DNA from: Candidatus Hermodarchaeota archaeon
GTDB taxonomy: Archaea; Asgardarchaeota; Hermodarchaeia; Hermodarchaeales; Hermodarchaeaceae
Direction: 5' to 3'
DNA: 64,000 nucleotides
NCBI GenBank assembly: GCA_016840065.1
Contig: JAEOTB010000037.1
Location: forward strand, 1 to 64,000
Part shown: piece after piece, positions 58,416 to 64,000 of the stretch
Layout: each line of letters begins with the position of its first letter
How positions within the stretch are numbered: position 1 is the first letter of the stretch
The notes under the pieces: model-generated
What the model saw: the letters and a program-made list of their open reading frames with translations, nothing else
What the model was told of the DNA's origin: nothing
Databases searched by the model: none
Made by a program: the position numbers and the translations under genes

Positions 58416-59780
58416 TCAAGTAGACCTGAATACTTTTAGTTTCTGCTTCCAATATCGGCATACCGCTTCAGTTGCTAATACAGCTCGACCAATATATTTT
58501 GAAGAGTCCTCAAAGAGTTGTTGTTGTTCACTTGGAAGGCTTCTGAAACACCTTCTAAATGTTTCGTTTGAAAGCAGCGCTTCCCTAAACAATATTCCAC
58601 GCTGATGGGCCTGCTGAGCTATTCGCTTTATTACTTCATGAGCATTAGCAACGCCGCTTCTTGCCAAGAGGATGTACGCTGGTTCAGCGAGTTCGAAGGT
58701 TGCGTTCGATTGTAAGTTTTTGCGCATACGCTGTGAATCTACCTCTAATCTCTTTAACAGAGAAGAACAACGTCGAGTAGAATAGAGAAAGGAGTTTAGA
58801 ATCTCTGCTAGGAGGTAACGATTGGCTGCAGAATCTGTTAGGTCTCTCTGATGTTCTGAGATTAGGTTAAGGTAGGCTGTGATGAGTCGAGGAAGTGTAG
58901 CCTTGTAGTGGGAAACGATGTTTTCCCAACCAATAGGATTACGTTTCTGAGGCATTGTTGAACTGCCGACTTGACGTTCAGTTGTTCCCTCAGAAATCTC
59001 GGCAATCTCAGTACGTTGTAATTGACGAAAGTCATTGGCGAGATCGGCTAAAGTACCAAAGCTGAGAAGGAGCTGACTGTAGTAATTCGCTAGCTCTTCT
59101 TGATTAGTTATCTGAGTTGGCGCATTGATTTGTGTCAGATTCAACAACTTGAGTGTTTCTGTCTCAATTTTTGCCGCATTGGCTAATAATCCAAGGCTAG
59201 CTCGAGTTCCGACTGCTCCTCCTATTTTGCCTCCAAAAGTTTCTGCAGCCAGCTTAATACGCCAAATTCCCATTCCCAATCGCTCTATATAATTAGCCAT
59301 AGAATACCCGAATGTGGTTGGCTCTGCGTGCTGTCCATGGGTTCGCCCTATTTGCACCGTTGACTTGTGTTGCAACGCTATTTGGATAAGCTGATTCATC
59401 GTTTCAACCAGCGCAGGCAATATCAGTTTTGCAGTGACATCCTTCAGAACCATTGCATGAGCATTAACCACTGTATCATAAGACGTTAGCCCGAGGTGAC
59501 AGAAAGGCTTGGCTTCTGGAGAAACCTGTTCTTTTAGTGCTTCGACTATTGCCTTGATATCGTGTTTTAATTTAGCTTCCAATTGTTGTACTCTCTGAAA
59601 CGTTACTTTCGATGCTGCTTTCTCATATTCTTTAGCGATTTTAGAAGAGCAAACACCCTGCTTTGCTAGTGCGTTGATGTAGGCGCACTCTACGTGGAGC
59701 ATATACCTCAGTAATGCAGCAGGAGAGAGATATTCCTCTAATTCGTCTACGTTGTATCTATAGTCTGTTGGGTGGATCAC
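58416..59780 (-). CDS. purB: Adenylosuccinate lyase
   Basis: RTHGQHA and GSSTMPQKRNP motifs. Confidence 0.95.
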   Translation of the reverse strand: MIHPTDYRYNVDELEEYLSPAALLRYMLHVECAYINALAKQGVCSSKIAKEYEKAASKVTFQRVQQLEAKLKHDIKAIVEALKEQVSPEAKPFCHLGLTSYDTVVNAHAMVLKDVTAKLILPALVETMNQLIQIALQHKSTVQIGRTHGQHAEPTTFGYSMANYIERLGMGIWRIKLAAETFGGKIGGAVGTRASLGLLANAAKIETETLKLLNLTQINAPTQITNQEELANYYSQLLLSFGTLADLANDFRQLQRTEIAEISEGTTERQVGSSTMPQKRNPIGWENIVSHYKATLPRLITAYLNLISEHQRDLTDSAANRYLLAEILNSFLYSTRRCSSLLKRLEVDSQRMRKNLQSNATFELAEPAYILLARSGVANAHEVIKRIAQQAHQRGILFREALLSNETFRRCFRSLPSEQQQLFEDSSKYIGRAVLATEAVCRYWKQKLKVFRST

Positions 59781-59813
59781 CTTTTTGACCTCCTATGATT
59801 TGCGATTCTTTTC

Positions 59814-60521
59814 TTAGCGTAATTCGAAGAGTGATTTTACTGGACATTTTAGAGCTTTCTCCACATTTACACGACCCTGCTTGTGTGAAAGAATCGAGAA
59901 TACTCCAACGACTCTTGCATTACCACGAGAAACAATCTCTGCCAAACACAATTGAGTCCTTCCAGAACGAATGATATCATCTACCAGCAGCACTTTGTCA
60001 CTAGGCTTGATGCTGTACCTAGGCAAGTATAGACTTTCGATATGTGCTGAATCGCGGATTAATTTTTCCTCAATAAACGCTGTCACACCGATGGATTTTG
60101 TCTTTTTTGCAAACAACGCAGCAGCTCCAAACTCGTTTGCGATTTGTGTGGCAATTGGGACTCCATTTACTTCTATCGTTAGGACTTTGGTGGCATCAAT
60201 ATCAACGAAATCGTCCCGCACTACTGCAGCAATCAACTTGAGCAGTTGTGTGTCATAGAGAATGTCTACCATTTTAGCAAAACCATCATGGATTGATATT
60301 CGGCGATTAACTTCTTCGATTAGAAATCGTTCTTTGAAGAGCTGGATAATAGACTCGGCACGTTCCAGTGAAGGAAGTACACGGCGTGTGATATATCGGC
60401 ATAGAACAGATGTAGGAAGACCGAAGATTGTTTCTAGTTCAGCATACTTTCTACTCCGCTTCAGGGTGGAGAGAATTTCTATTGCACTCAATCGCTTTGC
60501 TATTTCATCCACGTGTCTCAA
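59814..60521 (-). CDS. HTH plus PRTase-domain protein (PurR-like regulator)
   Basis: N-terminal HTH (YAEL..GLP.SVLCRY) and PRPP motif VDDIIRSG; located inside the pur operon. Confidence 0.8.
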   Translation of the reverse strand: MRHVDEIAKRLSAIEILSTLKRSRKYAELETIFGLPTSVLCRYITRRVLPSLERAESIIQLFKERFLIEEVNRRISIHDGFAKMVDILYDTQLLKLIAAVVRDDFVDIDATKVLTIEVNGVPIATQIANEFGAAALFAKKTKSIGVTAFIEEKLIRDSAHIESLYLPRYSIKPSDKVLLVDDIIRSGRTQLCLAEIVSRGNARVVGVFSILSHKQGRVNVEKALKCPVKSLFELR

Positions 60522-61810
60522 GCTTGGAGTATCCTCCGCATGTGTTGAATCCGCCTAGAAACAAGTTCTTGAGTGCCTATGTCTCGTCGATAGAATAATT
60601 TGCCTTGAATTTTATCAAGCGACTCGACCACTTGCTCGTGCGCCTGTTGAAGGTTGTTTCCTATACCAAGAAGGGCGATGCTTCGAGAAGAGGTGGTTAG
60701 AATCCGTCCGTTCTCTTGGTGAACGCTTCCATAGTATAATTCCGTCTTGACATCTCCGATAATTATTGGCTCTCCGCGTTTTGGCGCTGATGGATAACCT
60801 TCAGGAACTAGATACGAACATACTGTTGCCTTCTCTTCGAAACTAGCGCGTTTTAGTGTGCCATTGATTATACCCCAGCAGATTTCTACAAAATTATCCT
60901 GAAGCAGAGGGAGGACATTCATTGCCTCCGGATCTCCAAGTCGAACGTTGTATTCGATTATTTTTGGTCCTTGCTTAGTGAGCATGAATTGACCATAAAG
61001 GAAGCCTTTGTAGGGTTCTCCTGTTTCGCGTTTGATTGCTGCAACAGTCTGCTGCATTACTTGTATAGCAACCTCCACATCCCCTTCGCCAACGAAGGGG
61101 AGAGAGTGGTCTTCGCAGCTATAAGAGCCCATGCCTCCAGTATTGGGTCCAGTATCTCCGTCGTACGCACGTTTGTGATCCTGTACGAGCGGCATTGGTA
61201 TTACTTGTTTACCATCAACGAATGCCTGTAGCGTAAATTCTTCACCCTCGAGGCATTCTTCGATTATGACCTGTTCATGTTCTTTGAGAATCTGTTGACA
61301 ATATTGGAGCGCGTCATCCTCGGTTTGGAGATGTTCGCCAAACACTTTCACGCCTTTGCCCCCAGTTAGGCCGTCTGGTTTTACAACGAATCCCCCAATC
61401 TCTTTTAGATACGCTTCGATACCTTCTATGCTGCTAAATATCTTAAACCGAGGGTTCGCAGATATCCGATGTTTTTCTAGAAGTTCACGAGCAAAGCTTT
61501 TACTTGATTCCAATTGCGCTCCTTGAGTTTTTGGTCCGACACAGGGTACACCCTGGTCCGCAAGAACGTTGCTTATCCCCTTGGCTAAAGGTGCTTCTGG
61601 TCCTACGACCGCAAAATCCACTTTAGATGATAGTTCTTTGAGATGCTCAAAGTCTGTTAATTTTGAAAGCAACGTTTTCTTTGAAAGCTTTACAATGCCT
61701 GGGTTTTTGTGTGCCATCAAACTATAGAGTTCAGCGCCACCTTTCACTAGAGCTTTGGCGATGGCATGTTCACGTGAACCATGTCCTATTAGTAAGACCT
61801 TGTCAGTCAT
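60518..61810 (-). CDS. purD: Phosphoribosylamine--glycine ligase
   Basis: GSREHA, VGPEAPL, GPNTGGMG and RLGDPE motifs. Confidence 0.96.
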   Translation of the reverse strand: MTDKVLLIGHGSREHAIAKALVKGGAELYSLMAHKNPGIVKLSKKTLLSKLTDFEHLKELSSKVDFAVVGPEAPLAKGISNVLADQGVPCVGPKTQGAQLESSKSFARELLEKHRISANPRFKIFSSIEGIEAYLKEIGGFVVKPDGLTGGKGVKVFGEHLQTEDDALQYCQQILKEHEQVIIEECLEGEEFTLQAFVDGKQVIPMPLVQDHKRAYDGDTGPNTGGMGSYSCEDHSLPFVGEGDVEVAIQVMQQTVAAIKRETGEPYKGFLYGQFMLTKQGPKIIEYNVRLGDPEAMNVLPLLQDNFVEICWGIINGTLKRASFEEKATVCSYLVPEGYPSAPKRGEPIIIGDVKTELYYGSVHQENGRILTTSSRSIALLGIGNNLQQAHEQVVESLDKIQGKLFYRRDIGTQELVSRRIQHMRRILQA

Positions 61811-61834
61811 ATTTCTACATCTCCAATTTTTTCT

Positions 61835-63223
61835 TTACCTGCCAAGTTTGTATTTCACACCGTATTTTTCAACAAGTATTTCGCGCCCTGTTGTGACTGC
61901 CCCTAACCGAATAGCGTCTGGTAGAACCTTCTGGACGGCATTTGTTTGGATCTTTGAAACAGCGATTACAAAACCGATTCCCATATTGAATGTCTTGAAC
62001 ATTTCTTGATTAGTTATATTCCCTCTTTCTTGAAGGTAGGTAAAGATTGGAGGAATATCGGGCCAGTTATCCAACTTGTAACCCACCTTCGAGTTGAGCT
62101 GCTTCAGCTTGCGGATGCCTCCTCCAGTGATATGAGCTAGACCCTTTACAGGTACTTCCTCCAATAGCTGCATTATCTCCTTCACATATATTCGTGTGGG
62201 TGTGAGAAGCGCTTCGGAAACAGGAGTATTGTCGGAAAGTGTATCATCGAGTTTGGCCACTTTTCGTGCAAGAGTAAGTCCATTGGAGTGAATACCGCTA
62301 GAAGGGAGTCCGAGCAGAACGTCGCCAGCTGCGAGATCTTGTCCTGTTATCACTTTGTCCTTGTGTACAACACCAAGAGCTGTTCCAGCTAAATCGAACC
62401 CCTTTATTAGGTCAGGAAGCGTTGCGGTTTCTCCGCCGAGTATTGGAATGTTTGCTTGGCGAGCGCCTTCAAGTAAACCCTGAGCAATACCCTCTACGGC
62501 TTCAAGAGTTAATCTCTCATAGGCTAGGTAATCTACAAATCCAATTGGTTTCGCGCCAAGGCAGATAATATCGTTCACATTCATAGCAATACAATCAATA
62601 CCGACGGTATCGTATTTTCCAATCCTTTGCGCTAGGAGAACCTTGGATCCAACACCATCAGTTGCGAGTGCTAGTGCATAGTCTCCGAACTCAACTAGAT
62701 TTGCAAAATGTCCGAATTCAGCTAGAACTTTGCCGAAGGAAAAAGACTGCTTTGTGTATTTTCCTAGAATTTCGATAATTTTTCCTTCATGAACAAGGTC
62801 AACACCAGCCTTTGCATATGTGTCCACTGATTGCATCGGGGACAATCCTAGAATCCTAAGAGCTAGGTGGGCAGCATTGGCGCCGTTATCGATTCCAACT
62901 GTAGCAACAGGTACGCCGCGCGGCATTTGTGAAATAGAAAGCAAGGCGTCTAGCCCACCAAGCTTTGCAGAAACTGGAACACCAATTACTGGCTTTATGG
63001 TCAAGGAGGCGACAAAACCAGGAAGAGCGGCGCTTAGCCCAGCAACACAAATGAACACTTTCGCATCAGACTGGGCTACAATTTCCGTGACCTTCTGAGG
63101 CTCACGGTGAGCGGAGGCCACATGAAATACGTAATCAACTCCGTGCTCTTTGAGAACAGCTAGAACCTTGTCAACGATTTCTTGGTCGCTTTTACTTCCT
63201 GCCAGTATACATATTTCAGCCAT
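61835..63223 (-). CDS. purEM: PurE-PurM fusion
   Basis: GSKSD, SAHR and [10 protein letters not shown], then [26 protein letters not shown] and TFNMG in one frame. Confidence 0.92.
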   Translation of the reverse strand: MAEICILAGSKSDQEIVDKVLAVLKEHGVDYVFHVASAHREPQKVTEIVAQSDAKVFICVAGLSAALPGFVASLTIKPVIGVPVSAKLGGLDALLSISQMPRGVPVATVGIDNGANAAHLALRILGLSPMQSVDTYAKAGVDLVHEGKIIEILGKYTKQSFSFGKVLAEFGHFANLVEFGDYALALATDGVGSKVLLAQRIGKYDTVGIDCIAMNVNDIICLGAKPIGFVDYLAYERLTLEAVEGIAQGLLEGARQANIPILGGETATLPDLIKGFDLAGTALGVVHKDKVITGQDLAAGDVLLGLPSSGIHSNGLTLARKVAKLDDTLSDNTPVSEALLTPTRIYVKEIMQLLEEVPVKGLAHITGGGIRKLKQLNSKVGYKLDNWPDIPPIFTYLQERGNITNQEMFKTFNMGIGFVIAVSKIQTNAVQKVLPDAIRLGAVTTGREILVEKYGVKYKLGR

Positions 63224-63227
63224 TAAT

Positions 63228-63830
63228 TCATCTCCTGCAATTGATAATCCGCTTCTCGGTAATAATCATATCAACGGGTACATCGTGTTTTTCAGGGAAA
63301 GTATCATCAACGATTTGTAGCTCATAGGCGAGGGCTATGAATAAAGCAGAACTACCATGATGATATCTTAAAGTGGTGAGGAATCTATCATAAAACCCTG
63401 CTCCATATCCTGTTCGGAAGCCCTTTTCATCAAAGACCACGCCAGGAACTATTACTAAATCGGCTTCTGATGCGAGCTGTTCAAGAGGGAAAATCCGCCG
63501 ACTATCACGACGTGGTCGTAATATGCCATAAGCTCCAAGCTCCAATTCATCAACCGAGTAAATCTCTGAGTAAACAAGCTTTCTTCTCCTTCTTACTGAA
63601 ATGGGTACGAATACGCGTTTTAACCCTATCACACTTTCAATCATCGGAAGGGTGGAAACCTCACTTCCTTTAGCGACATAGAAGAGAATTACTTCACCTT
63701 GATTAAACTCTTGGAGCGAAAAGAGATTGTTACCAACCTGTTCGCTTCTTATCTCCACTTCCTCAAATCGAAGCTTATTCCTCTTTTGGAGAACTTCTTG
63801 TCGGATTCCGCTTTTACTTTTCAATATCAA
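63228..63830 (-). CDS. 5-formyltetrahydrofolate cyclo-ligase
   Basis: [21 protein letters not shown] and EKHD motifs. Confidence 0.92.
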   Translation of the reverse strand: MILKSKSGIRQEVLQKRNKLRFEEVEIRSEQVGNNLFSLQEFNQGEVILFYVAKGSEVSTLPMIESVIGLKRVFVPISVRRRRKLVYSEIYSVDELELGAYGILRPRRDSRRIFPLEQLASEADLVIVPGVVFDEKGFRTGYGAGFYDRFLTTLRYHHGSSALFIALAYELQIVDDTFPEKHDVPVDMIITEKRIINCRR

Positions 63831-64000
63831 CCACGCTGAAGCTTCATTGCTGTTAGTACGTTCTGTAAAACCGTCGCAACGGTTACTGGACCTACACCTC
63901 TTGGGACTGGAGTCAGATGAGAAGCTCGTCCTTCAACAGAACCTGAATCGACATCCCCCACTACCTTCCCATCTAGTCGGCTTAGACCAACATCGATGAT
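63827..64000 (-). CDS. folD: FolD C-terminus (partial, runs off the window)
   Basis: Own translation [18 protein letters not shown]...[16 protein letters not shown]. Confidence 0.9.
   Translation of the reverse strand: MIDVGLSRLDGKVVGDVDSGSVEGRASHLTPVPRGVGPVTVATVLQNVLTAMKLQRG

Noticed and set aside
1-64000. The many 60-170 aa overlapping ORFs in the track (e.g. 50156-50662, 49223-49627, 46859-47275, 63727-63999)
   Set aside because: Antisense or out-of-frame shadows of well-supported genes with no motifs.

Overview
Archaeal chromosomal window, most likely from an Asgard archaeon (inference: TFB, Rpo12, thermosome, archaeal L3/L4/L23/L2 and GGGP synthase together with a Rab-like GTPase, a roadblock protein and a GET3-type ATPase). 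It is mostly housekeeping: hisS, map, glmS, gcvPA/PB, archease-rtcB and a purine/folate operon. The main result is a MoxR AAA+ ATPase gene interrupted at the entrance of its Walker A motif by a 26-nt insert (39546-39571). The insert folds into an archaeal bulge-helix-bulge/loop splice motif, and cutting at the standard endonuclease positions restores the frame and the sequence [11 protein letters not shown]. This points to a tRNA-type intron in a protein-coding mRNA. The window also holds a tRNA-His(GUG) with a non-canonical 21-nt D-loop intron, a tRNA-Ser(UGA) with a 35-nt intron with an imperfect central helix, and the RtcB/archease ligase. A small accessory island (about 16.7-20.1 kb) encodes a secreted protein with a clan-CD (caspase/CHAT-like) His-Cys dyad plus a long hydrophobic hairpin, resembling a self-processing toxin. 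Several single-base frame breaks may be assembly errors. All calls come from reading motifs by eye; no searches were run.
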